Below are positions 11,208 through 24,788 of a stretch of DNA of 64,000 nt, in pieces. The DNA is from Psammoneis japonica (Eukaryota). Position 1 is the first letter of the stretch. Every line of letters begins with the position of its first letter. Under the pieces are notes generated by a model that saw nothing but the letters and a program-made list of their open reading frames with translations, was not told where the DNA came from and searched no databases. The stretch lies in assembly GCA_008632985.1 (NCBI GenBank), contig QPGO01000140.1, positions 1 through 64,000 on the forward strand. The letters run 5' to 3'. The position numbers and the translations under genes were made by a program.

Positions 11208-14200
11208 CTAGTCAAGCGTCTGCTGCTGCGGTCCACCGACATTGGCGCTTCGTGCAGGTGGCTTCATTTTGATAATCTTCAGCATCGGATCAGCCTGAAG
11301 AAACGACAAATCTTGAGGGGTGAGGAAGATGAACTGGCGATGTTCCATGGACTTCGATACTTGGACCTGGAAGAAACGAAATGAGCGCAGACACAGGTGA
11401 AATTACATTGACATGCAAGCAGAAATGCACATAAGAATCGTCTTCCATGCCGTACCAGTTGAGTCAATGCAATCGCACGAGACATGTTATCCATAAAAAC
11501 ATCGAATTCATCCATGACACGAAACGGAGTTTCGAGTTGTTCACCTAGCGCTAAAAGCAATGACAAGGTGGTAAAGCTACGCTCGCCTCCACTGCGGTAA
11601 CGGAAGTAAACAGATATTGGTTAGGGAAACTGGCCAGTCATTCCTCTCACAACAGCGGCACCAGCATACCTCAACGCCTTGACGTCACTAGTTTGACTCA
11701 TATCGTTCATGTTGTCCTTTTGAACGCTAAGATCCAGCGTCTTGGACTTATGGTCGAACTGCAAGTTACCGGCGCTGCCTTTCTTCTGAAGCATTTCGTC
11801 AAAGGTAACATTAGTCATGTCCTCGATGTGCCTACGCCACTGCTTCCAGCGAATCTGTCGTTCTTTCATGTCGTGTTTCAAATTAGCTATGTTCTCGTCG
11901 ATAGCGTTTATATCCTTCATCTTTGCTTCCAAGGCTTCCTGAGCATTCCTGTACTTCTGGTAGACTTCATCGGGGTCCACATCTGATAAACTTCGCCGCT
12001 CGCGTTCCTCCGCGATCCTTTTCTTCGCTTTTTCGATGCGGGTCCGGTAGTACGAAGGCTGCTTGCGGGTTCGCTTTGGCTCAATCGCGTCCAATACTTC
12101 ATCCGACGGTGTCAAAGTTTCTTCCTGTGACGAGAAAGAAATGCGCATATCTCCGTTTTCATCGTCAGACAGAGCCTCCTCTTTCTTCTTGGCGGAAGAA
12201 TCCCTCGTGTACGTCAGGTGTCTGGCTTTGCGAAGTAACTTGTCATGTTGGTCGTTGACGTCCTTGAGTTTCTCCTCGTGCTCCGAGAGCATTGCTTCTA
12301 GCTGTTGGAGTTTCGCAGCCTTCTTCTCGACGAGCTCCTGTCTCTGAGAAAGCGTGCTGTAATACTGCTCAAGCTCGACTTCGGCGTGTTCCAAGTCTGC
12401 AAGGACCTTTTGGTTTCTCGCGGCGACTTCCTCCAATCTCTTCTTGACCTCATCAATGCCGGGGCTCATTTCCTTGATTTCCTGGACGACTTCTTCGCGT
12501 TGCGTTTCCAATGCTCGAACGCGAAGCTCTGCGTTGCTCACATCCTCTTCGAGTTCTGTCGTATCCAGAGCTTCGTTCTCCTCGGCATCATTGACCTCTG
12601 CTTGAAGCTCCTCGATGGTGATGGTGAGCTGTTCAATGCGCTTCGCATTGGCGCGAGCCAACTTGCTACTGCTGTTCCACTGGACCTTGGACTCATGATA
12701 CTGCTTCTTCAAATCCGCCTCCTTGGCTCGGGACTCTTCAAAGTCTCTCGAGAGCTGCTCAAGTTCTTGTTTGGCGTCCTCGATCGCCTTCGACTTATCC
12801 ACCCCGATTGTTTGACGAAAGCTGCGTTCGTTCGACACAATCGTACGGGATCCTAGTTTGTTGATGGACCAGTGATCCCCCTGGGGCAGAAAGAACACTT
12901 TTTTCAACTTGCCCCCGCGAATCGAATACGTATGATTGGCTGCCTCCACTAGAAGCGCCTGCTCACTGACTTGCTTGGACTCTGCCAACGCAAGCTGGTC
13001 AATGTTAGCCGTGTCTACCAACGTGTTGAAGACCAAGTCATCTGATACCTGCAAGACACTCGTTACAGTCTCGATACCTCTCGCCGGAGGAGCCGGAACT
13101 TGGTAGCGACCCACGGACTTGACTTGAGTAATTCCGCATTCATGAGCTGAACATCCAGCATCTCGACGAATCTTCATCATGACCTGACGATCCTCGTGGT
13201 TGGTGACAACAAACCTGTCCAAACCGACGCCAAGAGCCAGCTCTGCAATTTGCGCAAATTGTTCTTTACCCGGAGCCACCTTGATGTACGCGCCAATGGG
13301 CCCAACAACCTTGCCGCGAAACTTACGGTTCCTGCGAGCGGCCTCTACCATCTTGTGGACCGTGGCGCACTTCTTGCCAAAAACAAGGAGAGAATTGTCC
13401 CCAGACTTCTCAAGATCCCTAATCTTATAAGATACGGCCTTCTTCTGCCTGTCCAGGCTGGAAGAATTCGCCGCAGCTTGCTTAACATGTGGCTCAAGGT
13501 CTTCGTACTTGCGTAGCGATTCCGATATGGCCTGGCGCAACTGGGGATTTTCCGCTCGAGCATCTGCCAAATCCTTCTCGGCCTGTTGGAGTTTTTGGGT
13601 ACGACGGGCTTTATCAGACTCTGCGGATCCCGCTGCTTGTAGAATCTGCTCACGAGTTTCTTGCAAGAATTCCTTGGCCTTTTCATGTTCCTTGACAGCA
13701 TCCTTCAGGTCCCTCGCCAAGTTGTGCAATTCTCGCTCCTTCGCTTTGACGGGGACCTTGGCGTGTTTGAGTTCCGCTTCCAGGTCCTTCTTGGCAGAAG
13801 CCGCTTGTCTTGCTTCCTCCGTCAACGTCCTCATTGCAGCCTGTTTCTCCTTCTCTTCCTCCGATCCCGACTCGCTTTTCGCCTGAGCTTCAAGCAATTC
13901 CTTGCGCCGCTTTTCGCATTTCTGATTTAAAATCTCTACATTGTTCTGGAGCTGCTGCCGCTCGTCATCACACTGATTGTATAGAGCCCACGCCTGTCGA
14001 AAGAATAATTGTGGTGCGAACAACAAGACGCAAGGTGAGCGACGACAAGAAATGAGAAAGTATACGCAATCCCATATAGATATTGAAAACTTACATAACC
14101 CTCTTGGTGCTCCACCACTTTATCTTCAAGTTTGTCTAATTCTTGAAACTGTTTCCATTCATGCTTGAGTTGCTTGACGTGTTCAACCGCATCTTGAAGC

Positions 14201-15101
14201 GACTCCTCGACACGTCCTTTGCCTTCATCCAATTCCGCAATATTGTCCACAATAGATGTATAGGTATGATTGAGTCGCTCGAGTTCCGTCGCCTTGTGGA
14301 AAAACTGGTACTTGTCTTCGGGTTTACCAGTAAGAAACTTTTTGGATTCCTCTTGATCCATCACCGCAACGGGGTTCTCCACCTGAATATTGAGCTGATC
14401 CAGCATCATATCCAAGTCTTGTTTCTTGCGACTCTGCTCCACACCGTTTTCATCCAAAAGCTTATAGCCATTGTATCCACCACCCTTCGAAATAGAGCGC
14501 TCTACCGTAATAGTATCACCATATATACTGAAACGAGAAAAGATTCGCGCGATAGGTATGTTAGCATAGATGCGTAAAAACCTGACGAGACAACAACCAA
14601 ACACTCAGAACAGCAAACCACTTACTCCGGTTGAAACCCATCTCCCCCCTTGTTTAATAAAGTCACTCGGACCTTCGCTCCGTTGGTGTTAGCCTCCTTA
14701 CGAATTAGTTCTTTTAGGTTACGCGCGCGGTGTGTCCTTCGCGCACCAGCACCGAGACAGATTTGCACGGCAGCCAAAATGGCCGATTTGCCGCTACCGT
14801 TCTGGCCGTGGATAAAGTTGACGTTGCGACAAAGGTTGACGGTAAGCTTCTTGTGGCACATAAAGTTCTCGACGTGAATGCGTACAATAATGCCGGCCTC
14901 TGGAGGTTTGCCGGGAGCGTTGACTCGGCGCACGGGCGACTCGACTGCAGCAGCAAAGTTCGATCGGTTCTCCTTATCGTTGTCGTTGTTGCTTTCGCGG
15001 CGCTTCTTCTCACGAACAATTGGGGTCATCGCAGTGTCATCAGAAGACTCCTCAGCGTGGGAGGAACGCTTGCGGTTGCGGTTGCGGTTGCGGCTTCCCA
15101 T
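11208..15101 (-). CDS. SMC6: Structural maintenance of chromosomes protein 6, 5 exons
   Basis: ENFMCH, Walker A GQNGSGKS, long coiled coil and hinge (GPIG), spliced signature LSGGERSF, Walker B MDEFDVFMD, QFIFLTPQD. Introns at 14528-14625, 13994-14094, 11592-11669 and 11367-11455; stop TAG at 11208-11210. Confidence 0.93.
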
Positions 15102-15436
15102 GGTGAAGCGACTGTGTCGAAGCGAAGTGTTGTTGTGCGTTGTGTGCTTCCGACTTTAGCGCTGCGAAGCGCTGTCTCTCTCTGGCTTTCGGCATGTTTT
15201 CATGGTACAAAAAATCATGTGGAATGTACTGGGAAATTTTTATAAACGATAAGAATACATTGATTTTTGGCGCACTTTCTTGTCAATGGTCGAACTAATC
15301 GATTAGAATAATCTTCCTATGGCTACGTAGAAATATATGAACGACGTCATTGTCACGTCATAGGAATTTAAATCCGGCCGGGGGGGCGGGAGGCGCGCGC
15401 GCATCAATGTGCATGCTCTCTCTGATAAGAGTGCAG

Positions 15437-15640
15437 TGTAGCCTAGCTAGGCCTCTACTCTACTAGCTAGAGTAGCTACATAGTAGAGGTCTATAATGAC
15501 TGTACCTCTAGCTAGAGAGACTCTCTACTCTCTACTAGAGAGTAGAGCCTCTCTAGAGTAGATAGCTAGCTACTAGCTCTAGAGAGTAAAGAGAGAGACT
15601 CTAGGCTACTAGAGTAGAAGTACTTTCTACTCTCTAGTGA
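15437..15640. repeat. Low-complexity TAG/CTA/CTCT/AGAG-rich patch
   Basis: tagcctagctaggcctctactctactagctagagtagctacatagtagag...ctctctagagtagatagctagctactagctctagagag. Confidence 0.85.
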
Positions 15641-15767
15641 AGAGATCGTAACTGTGAGCAGACCATGATGATTTTCATCCCGACAACAACTTGGAAGTGT
15701 CAGTAATAATCTGCAGTATGAGCGTGCGATTCAGGTCTATTTTTTGCTGCACACAGTACCTAATCGC

Positions 15768-15800
15768 TCTCTCTCTCTCTCTCTCTCTCTAGAGAGAGAG
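15768..15800. repeat. (CT)n microsatellite followed by (AG)5, forming a palindrome
   Basis: ...ctctctctctctctctctct|agagagagag. Confidence 0.9.
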
Positions 15801-15930
15801 ATGTCTGTCTTTCGATTTTTCTGGTTCTAGCGCGTCAAACTGGCTTGACGGAAAAACTCACACTTTTCAGTCTAAACGTTGTGTTCACTCTCTAGGGTTA
15901 CTAGCCCTACTTTGCTGCGTCTGCTGCTTC

Positions 15931-16980
15931 TTATCCTTCTGAGGTGGAGTCTTCTTCTTCTTCTTGGCCTTCCCCCCCCCCAAGCCCCCAAAGGATTGCT
16001 CGTTTCCTTGGTTCCCTGCGCGGCCTTCGTGTCGCGTTCAGAGGGGCTTTTCTTTTTGCACTGGACTTTAGAGGCTGGCTGGCGGGGACGCTGGTGGCCA
16101 AATTGCGCCTTTGGGCTTGCGCCAGTTGTTCCTGTAGAGCCGCAACTTCACGCCGAAGTGCATCTGTTACATCATCTTCTGCTTCATTCGCAGTGTTAAT
16201 GACTCCTTTTTCTTCTCCCGTTTCTTTCGAACCAGCGTCAAACTGTGCCTTTATCTCTGACAGTTCCTCATGCAGCACATCCACGTCTGCATCTTTCAGA
16301 CTGCGACCGCCTTGCCCTGCTGCCTCCCTTCGGAAATCAGCATCTTCTTGTCGAAGCAAGGCCGTTGCAAGAGCTTTTCGAAAGTAACTCCACTGCCGCA
16401 CAATACATTGCTGCAAAATCATTCAATTCGGCACGCGAGCTGGCAGTTTCGTCGTTACCGCGGATTGAAACAATCCGATATTCACCGTATTCAAGCGAAT
16501 CAGCTGTTCCACCATTGCCTCCAGGCGGGCCGAACGACCAGCTACGTCAGGACCCTCCTCACCGTCGGCCTCCTCCTCGCTAACCTCCATGGGAGGTTCA
16601 TCGTTACCTTCTAAAGGTACTATTGCGCGACTATCAGATACCTCAGTTTTCGCAGAAATCATAAACCCGTCATCACTATCACTTGGCTTGGGAGATATTT
16701 GTTCCTCGCTTTGTTCTGGGGATGTGAGCCTAGATTGAATTTGGGAAGAAACAAGACTTCCTTGCTTAGCCTCGTAGGCAACGTCCTCATCATCAAGAGG
16801 TGCTTCGTCTCTTCGCATGGGCGAGTGACTCCTCGAAAGCAACTTGTGAGAATTTGACACCGAAATATCATCATGGCCAGCACTACATGTGCTGGCTTCA
16901 TCGCGTTCGCTCTCGTCCTCCTCGCTGACACTATCGACTCTTAACTGAAACTGGTGACATGAAGCCAAGACTTTCGTCAT
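15931..16980 (-). pseudogene. Acidic/coiled-coil reading frame split by one in-frame TGA (pseudogene or mobile-element remnant)
   Basis: ORFs 16423-17157 and 15931-16422 are in the same frame and directly abut (CCG AAT TGA ATG). No family recognised. Confidence 0.4.
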
Positions 16981-17086
16981 CAGTTTTATCCTGCAATGCG
17001 ATCGGAAGAGACGTTCGAGCCGAATCAAACTCGCTGTTGCTTTCAGGTGGTAGAGAAACTTCACGAGATCGCTGCACGCTGCCCTC

Positions 17087-17138
17087 CTGCGTCCCATTGG
17101 ACACTGATCTGGCTGCGTCCCATTGGACACTGATCTGG
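17087..17138 (+). repeat. Perfect 26-bp tandem duplication
   Basis: ctgcgtcccattggacactgatctgg x2 (17087-17112, 17113-17138). Confidence 0.95.
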
Positions 17139-17167
17139 AAGCCGAACGCCCAAGCACACGTCGCGAA

Positions 17168-20100
17168 CTATGTTTTTATAGCACAGATAGAGTTTTCCAA
17201 ACTCCCGCCGGGCTTTGGTGCCACATCGTAAGGCCCACACTTGTAGGATCCGTCTCTCAGTACAGAGAAATAGCCAAGGCAATTGATTCGTTCAATACAC
17301 TTCTCTTCGCAAAGATTGGGGTCCAAGTTGTACCACTTTGGCGGTGAAGCAGCTTGACACCTGTAATTCGTGTACGTGAGGAAAGGGGAAGAGGCAGGAG
17401 TCTCTGGCAATGGAGCATCATCTCGGATTGCGCAAGCTGCACCTTCGAGTCTGACGCCAACTTGAGGAGTCACACTGTAATGTCCGCACTTGTAGGATCC
17501 TTCCCGCACGACAGAGAAATATCCGAGGCAATCGTCGATGCGTTCGATACACTTTTCTTCGCACTGCATGGGATCCAGATCATACCACTTGGGACGCGAG
17601 GTCATGTCGCATCTGTAATTGGCGTGTACGGTGAAAGAAATGGGTGGAATGGAAGGGAAGTCCGTTGGCTGTCTCGAAACGATCTTTTTGATTGCGCAGA
17701 TAGCCCCTTCCAAACGGAGACCCCGTTCAGGCGCAGTGGTGAGATGTCCGCATTTAGAAATACCATCTCTCACCACAAAGAAGTAGCCAAGACAAGTCTT
17801 TCTTTTTAAACAGTTCCGCCGACATGGACGAGCTTCGAGGTTGTACCATTTGGGAATGGAATGAAGTTTGCATCTGAAGTTCCTGTACACTGTAAAGTCC
17901 ACCGTTTGACCTTCCGGGTCTTCGTCTGTCGGCAGCGCTGTTGGTTCTGGAGAAGGAGTTTGTGGTTTACTCAAATCTTGCTCTGTAGGCGACATTGTTG
18001 GCAAAGATGGGAGCAACGTTGGGGATAAAGTCGGTATTGGTGTATCTTGCATGGTTGGCGTCGCAGTGGGCGTCGCAGCCAACGTTGGCGACGAAGATGG
18101 CATCCTTGTCGAGATTGTAGGCTTCGCCGTTGGCGCTCGAGTTGATCCGGACGTCGCCTTTGAGAGCCTTGCAATTTGACGTCGCGTCAAGCTGTCTGCC
18201 CAAACGTAGACTTCATCAATAAGCCCAACAAACTGAACGTGGCCCCGAAACACCTTTTGGTAGAAGTTAGGGTGACTATGACCAAATCCACCAATACTCA
18301 CACTTCCCGAGGTGGTAAAGAATAAACGTCCGTCTTTTCCTTCCACTTTCGAAGTAACCCTTGCACCATCGACGTACATGTCGACTTCGGAAAGCCGACA
18401 ACTATTTCTTGGCATTGAAACCGCTATGTGGTGCCATTTATTATCTGCCAAATTTTTTGTAAGGCCCGAAGGAGAGAGAGTTTGACCTATTCCAGCATAC
18501 AGTACAGGCATTCCCTTGTTCAGCGTCAACGAGAAAGCTGGATTCCTTGATCCCGCTGCTGCACTGTATACTTCCCCAAAGTGCAGCAAAACCTGGTTTT
18601 TCCCGTCGCGTGCCGTCTTGAACCAAAGTGAATACGACACTTTCAAGCCACCACTGTGGGGGCCGTATCTAAAAGTGCAACAAAAGCCTGTGCGTGAGAA
18701 ACAACAATGCGAAATGCGATGTCGAATCTGTAAAACTGTTTCTTACCCAAACACGGCAATCTGACTTGTCGCATTCAGTAGAGCTGCTTTCCCTTTGACG
18801 CCGTTTCGAAGGACAACGTGTCCAACTTGAGCATCGTAAGGCTCTGATAAAAAAGATTGCAGGCAAAGTGTGAGGCACGCTTACGAAACAACGTGGTGTG
18901 CTCGTTGTTTCTGTTGCAACTTACGCCCATACGCTCCAACGTTTGGGAACGATCCCCGACACTCCACGCCGTTGAATGTGATTGAGCTTTGGATGAGACT
19001 GGTTTGAATATCGTCGTGGGTCAACGCTAGCACCGGGCGCTCCAATAACGTTGACATTTCATCAAACGTGAACCTTATCATTGGCTGCTGCCGATCTAAA
19101 AGTTCGAGAGAACCACGTGATGAAATTATGGTTTGCGCTCCGGATTTGTCAATGATGAGCTGACCATAGAATTCGTATTCTCTATCGCTGCGTCTCTCTG
19201 TTTCGATTTCGTTGTATTGTGTCACAGAAATAGCATCATCGGTAATGTCCATGGTGAGAAAGTTCTCCACAGCATTGCCTCTCGAAACTATCTGCACTAC
19301 GTTGGATTCCTTTGCTTTTGTTGCCGTATTTGCGTGGACCTGGTAGTGAAAACGAGTCCAACGAAAAAGTGAGCCTTTTGTGTAGAGGTGGAAACAAGAA
19401 AGAGTGAGGAGGGACAGGGAGAGCTTACTTCTCCAGCCAAATACAAGTCGACATCATAGTCCTCCATCACTTTGAAGAAGGCCGAGTCTTCAGCTCCATC
19501 AAGAAACTGCCCAGTACACCTGACTTTTCGCACGGGTTGCATTATCGGTGGGTGAGCTTGAACAATAATATGCTTGATTGTCTTGTCTTTTCGGCCTTCC
19601 GATAGCACGCTTTCAAACCACTGCAAATGGCGGCCAGTTACATCACAGGTAATAGCGCCTGCACCTCCTCGTCCTCGTTCCGTATCCAAAAAGTTGTCAT
19701 CCAACTGGTCGTAAACGTCCACAGTGACAAACAGCACATTCTTGTGACGGTAGGCGAAGGACGTTGTTTTGAATATGGTTCCTACCGGACGGGATTCCGC
19801 TTCTAAATGAAGAAACGATTCACAGGGGTGAGTAAGCTAGTGTAGTGCGCCACAAGAGGGAAAGTTTTGGCGAGGTAATCTGCACTTACTTCCAATTGGA
19901 TCACTGTATCGAAAACGTCCCTTTGTATCCATGTTGAAGCCTTCGTAGAATGCCTCTCGAAAAGTAGGTACCAGGTTCGTTTTCAAGTCACCAAGGACCC
20001 AAGGGTTGCTGTGGTTCGTCGAACAAGCAAGTCACGGTTTAGGTGTATTTTAGATATAGACTACTCTTGTTCAATTGAATGACTTACCCTCCAATCTCAT

Positions 20101-20482
20101 GATCTCCAACCGCCATGAGCAATTCGGGGTAGCCCGCTTCCTCGAATACAATTTTCATCCCATTGTAGCATTGTTCCCCGGCTTTACGAACAGCTTCTTC
20201 TGGCGTCGCCACGTTGAGTGCTCGAAGCAAGCTCGATTTATACCATTTTCCAGCCTCTGCGTCTCCTGGAAGGACCACTAGCTCTCCACCATAGTTTTCT
20301 TTAATGTGTTTGATTGCGTCGACTTTTACCTTTACTGAAATCTTGTTTAGATCTTTTTCGCTCAGAATTGGTTTCGTTGCAAACGGCTCGGCTCCGTGCC
20401 AGTCAGCAATGGTAATGAATCGCCATGGATCCTCACCGAAAGCGGTCCAAAAGAGCAAAACCAGTGTCAGCAATCGAGGCAT
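17168..20482 (-). CDS. Secreted calcineurin-like metallophosphoesterase + LamG/ConA-like domain + P/T linker + 3 Cys-rich (PAN/apple-like) repeats; paralog A, multi-exon
   Basis: Signal peptide, ADWH, PGD, VGDHE, QAHPP and AGEVH motifs across ORFs 20084-20482, 19297-19737 and 18881-19297. LamG pattern WHHIAV...MYVDG...GLIDEVYVW and three PKWYxL..C...C repeats in 17168-18646. Confidence 0.8.
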
Positions 20483-21259
20483 GATCCATTAGAAAAATGA
20501 AAATGACGAGCAGAATTGCATTGCTTCATTGGATGGATGAGCCAATCGGTCACGAGTAACATAGGCCCTAAGAAGAATGTCATGGCCAGTCTTGCAGGAC
20601 AACGCGGTTTTCGCCGATTCGGTCTTGTTTCGCTGTGAGTAATAATCATAAGCGTTTCCTCTGTTTGTTATTTGATCGAGGTGGGATGCGGTGAACACTT
20701 TAGTTGCGTCCATTTCGTTGTCGCGCACTTGCTTTGGCTGAGAAAGGAAAAGAGGAGGGCAAATCCTGTCGATCACTTTGAGCGTTGAGTCGTGACCGGC
20801 CTGATGGTCGTGATTTGACGTTTGCTTGATAACTATTACTTAACAAATGTCTTATATGAGACATTTTATTGGGTCATTTTTTTTAATTACACAGTCATTT
20901 AGATTTTTCCGCGGACTCGACCGTGACAGGGAGGCTTGAACAATGGCGCATTCTTGACGATATCGGCAGAGATAACCTCAAACTCTGTGTCTGTTGTCGA
21001 CTTGATGAGGTAAAGCAACGGCTACATCAGTAAGTTGCTTCATTTCTATTTCATAACGACCGAGCAAGAGGGTCAGTTTGGTGCCCCTCGTGATCTCCCG
21101 TCTGCCATAAAAAACGAGAACTCCTCTCTGCTTCACGATGATTGCTCACTACAATCAACGATTTCAAATAAGGAGGTGCATAAAACCGAGCTAACTGACC
21201 ACATGACCACGACAACTCCTTTCTACAACAAACGAACTGACGATACGACCACGTGACAA

Positions 21260-24013
21260 ATGCTGTTGACCTTTACGTTGCTGTCATTGTTGCACTTTAC
21301 AAGCTCTGTCGCCGGCGAAGATCCGTGGCGCTTCCTAGTTCTTGCGGATTGGCATAGTGCTGAGCCGTTTGTGCAACACCCCATTCTCGACGTGAACGAT
21401 CCTCCACGTCAATCTGGAGGTGGTAAAAAGATCAAGACCTTCAAGCACATTAAAGAAAAGTATGGAGGCGAGTTAGTATTATTGCCAGGGGATGCCGAAA
21501 GCGGAAAGTGGTATCGACCAGAGCTACTCGAGGAACTCAACGTGAGCACACAGGAAGAAGCGGTTCGCGAAGCAGGGAGACGCTGCTACAATAGTATGAA
21601 GCTGGTGTTTAAGGAAGGGGGGTATTCCAAGTTGCTGATGGCAGTCGGCGATCATGAACTGGGTGGGTACGTTGAAACGAACGTGACGAGTCTCTCTTTT
21701 CGTCCAGTTCGCATATAACCGTGACTTGTGTTTGTACCACAGAAATATGTGGTTCTTGGGGCTTCCCAAAACTTCTTTGGTCCCAACCTTTCGACAAATC
21801 TTTTATGAGCAATTCAACAGAGACGATCAAGGAGAATTCCTATACCAAGATCCCATTGGAAGTAAGTGAAAAGGGAATCGGCTCGTTTTGAAATGATCTC
21901 ATGGTCTGACTCTTGCACTGTCGCCATGCTTGACTTTAGATGCCGACTCTCGCCCCTTTGGGACTATATTTCAAAGAACGTCCTACGCCTATAGGCACAA
22001 GAATATTCTGTTCGTCACGGTCGACGCTTTTACGTCTCGGCCCTACGATTATCATGACCTTGAGAGAGGTAGGGGTGGCGAAGGTACCATCACCTGTATT
22101 GTCACCGGCAAGCATCTGAGGTGGTTCAAGAGGTAAGAGCATCTTCTACTCATTTCTTTTTCATAAGCGGTTTGTGATTTCGTTCAATCTCTCACCTTCT
22201 GAACTTACGCGTTGTCAGTGTGTTGTCGGAGGCTAGAAGGGATCCTGGCATCAAACACATTATGGTGCAAACGCACTTACCAATTTTGCAGCCGGTTCGT
22301 AAAATCCGATGTACTGGTCAATACATGGACGGCGCAGAAAACTCAGACTTCTTCAAGGCTATGCGAGAGTACAACGTGGATGTCTATTGGGCTGGAGAAG
22401 TAAGTGACTAAACAATTATGGGAAATAGTTCAAGTGGTATCTCACCGATGCCTTTTTCGTTCAGGTACATGCCAACACTGCCACCAAAGACGACAAGTCA
22501 AACGTTCTCCAGGTTGTGTCTAGGTGAGGAAATTGTGTGAACAGTACTGCACTTGACCTTTTTGATGCGATATGAAACCAGCGTTTTCAACTCTTGGATG
22601 TTTTGATTTGTCTGTTTCGCAGAGGAAACGGTGCGCAGAATATTATAGTAGTAGACGTGTCCGACGAGATTATCAATATCACTCAGTACAACGACGTCGG
22701 GACTAAGCCATCGCATAACAGGAACTATGAATTCTACGGCCAGGTCATCGTTGATAAATCTGGCGAGACGACCAGAATTGAGTCAACTGGGTCTCTGGAA
22801 CTCTTGAATCGAAAACGTGCCATGTTGTATTTCCCTCTTGAAAACACGGTAAAACTGTCCGAGAATCCAGTCCTTGGTCTGTATCATGACGATAAGGACT
22901 CGACTCTGATGCAACGCAAGGTTACCATTCTCGGGACTGAATGTTGGGATTCTTTTCCCAACATGGGCGCTTATGGACGTACGTTTTCATCTCGCCTTTC
23001 ATTCTTTTACGTTTGCTTTCACTCACCTAGAGTCCCTTCGATTATGTAACAGAATCATACGATGCTCAGACTGGGCAAGTTGTTCTTCGAGAAGGAGTCA
23101 TTGGTAAAGCGGCCGAATTCAATTTGAGTAGTCGGGTTGCCATTGAAGCGTACGTGCTAGTTTCTGTAATGCTTGTGATGGTGATACGTTTTATGTATCG
23201 AATTCCCTTTCACTGTGTTTCTGACGATTGCCATTCTCCATGCGCATTGGACAGATTCGGTCCTCATAGCGGTGGTGTAAACGTTGCCTACGCTCTCTGG
23301 TTTAAGACGCAGCATGCGCATCGAAACCAGGTTCTTATTCATTACGGCAGTCATCGTAGCATAAAAGACGACAGATACAGGAACACCGTGTTTACGCTGT
23401 CACTTGATCGTGGCGGCGTTCTTGCACTTCATGCCAATAAGAATATGACTTTGACCGGGATTCCCGCCGATGAAGGTTTGAATATGGCAGACGACGAATG
23501 GCATCACGCGGCGATAGCAATGCCGAGAAATAGCTGCCGTCTGTCTGAGGTAAGGATGTACATTGACGGAAAAGAGGTCGAGACTCGAGTTGATGGAGTC
23601 GACAACTATTTGTTTCTTGACTTGGCGGGGTCAATAAGCGTTGGGGGGTTCGGCTATAGCAAACCTGCCACCTACGAGAAGATGCTAGAAAGGCATGAAG
23701 CCTACGTTGGCCTCATTGACGAGGTATATGTTTGGGCGGGTACTAGTTTGTCATCCGAGCAGGTTGCGGCACTTGCAGAGAAGCCATCCCTGCTATTTTC
23801 ACCTTGCATCAGCATTACACATGCGAAGGTGCTTCGTTCAAGAAAGTTAAATTGTCCAGGAGTCGGTGCAACGAAGAGTGCCTACAGTCCGACTCATGCA
23901 GGGGCTACGATATTACGCTGAACCAGCATGGCATGTCTATTTGCCGCATCTTTCAAGTCCAACCTCGGCGTGGCATTTGGAGCGATCGCCATGTCTGTGC
24001 GGTAAAGAAGTAG
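21260..24013 (+). CDS. Secreted metallophosphoesterase + LamG + one Cys-rich repeat; paralog B, multi-exon
   Basis: Same motifs (ADWH, PGD, VGDHE, WHHAAI, GLIDEVYVW). The C-terminal Cys repeat (23804-24013) is out of frame by one base at the T-run near 23797-23800. Confidence 0.78.
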
Positions 24014-24788
24014 TAACGACACCAAGGAACGAGTGCGATATTTTTTAAGTATTCAATAAGTGGTTTTGTTGGATGATATTCTCTTGTAAATTTTTCTCAA
24101 CGACCGAACTCAGCTCCTCTCACTAATGCGTACCATTGTTAAGCCACAACGAAGCAACATTCCCATGCCCATGTTGGTTCCCCCCCCTTATCTTACTTCT
24201 AAGCAGGTAGAAAGAGAATGCACTTGCTCATACCTAAGTCATCACGAGTTGCTGTGCCTTTTCTGTCTTGCTGCTAATCGGATAGCATCAATAAATACTA
24301 ATGTACCATACCATCTATCTGTCGAACAAAGGCGTGCATTTGGGGCGCGGGAAGAACATTTCCAATGATAAAACGATTAGTCGCAGTAGTCGTATTGCGT
24401 TGACGATGCGAGGCGAGTGATGAATTGTTTCCCTTAAATAAAATTGTCCCATTAAGTATTAGAATGACTTATAACGATGGTTTGTTAGGGATGAGGCTAT
24501 AGACAAAATGTAATTAGTGTTAAGTGACTTTTTTCACACGATTTAACGCAATAATTGTTTCGAAGCCGACCGCCGACCGCCACAACATGGCCACATTCAT
24601 CTCAGTCCGTTGCTTTTGTTGTGTTCACGCTCACATAACAGGGATGGACTGAAACTGGTCTCGCCATCCAAATCTGGAACTCTCACCATAGACGCTACGA
24701 CTACTTTCGAGCAAGCTCACAGCGATAAACGAGAGAGCGCATCCATTAGCAGCTCTCAGAAGCCGCCACACAACGTTTGCAATAAAGG

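Noticed and set aside
11208..15101. SMC6 (also INTS1 and the JmjC gene) lying close to hypermutated domains as a possible functional link
   Set aside because: These are ordinary housekeeping genes; proximity in a eukaryotic genome is not evidence of involvement.
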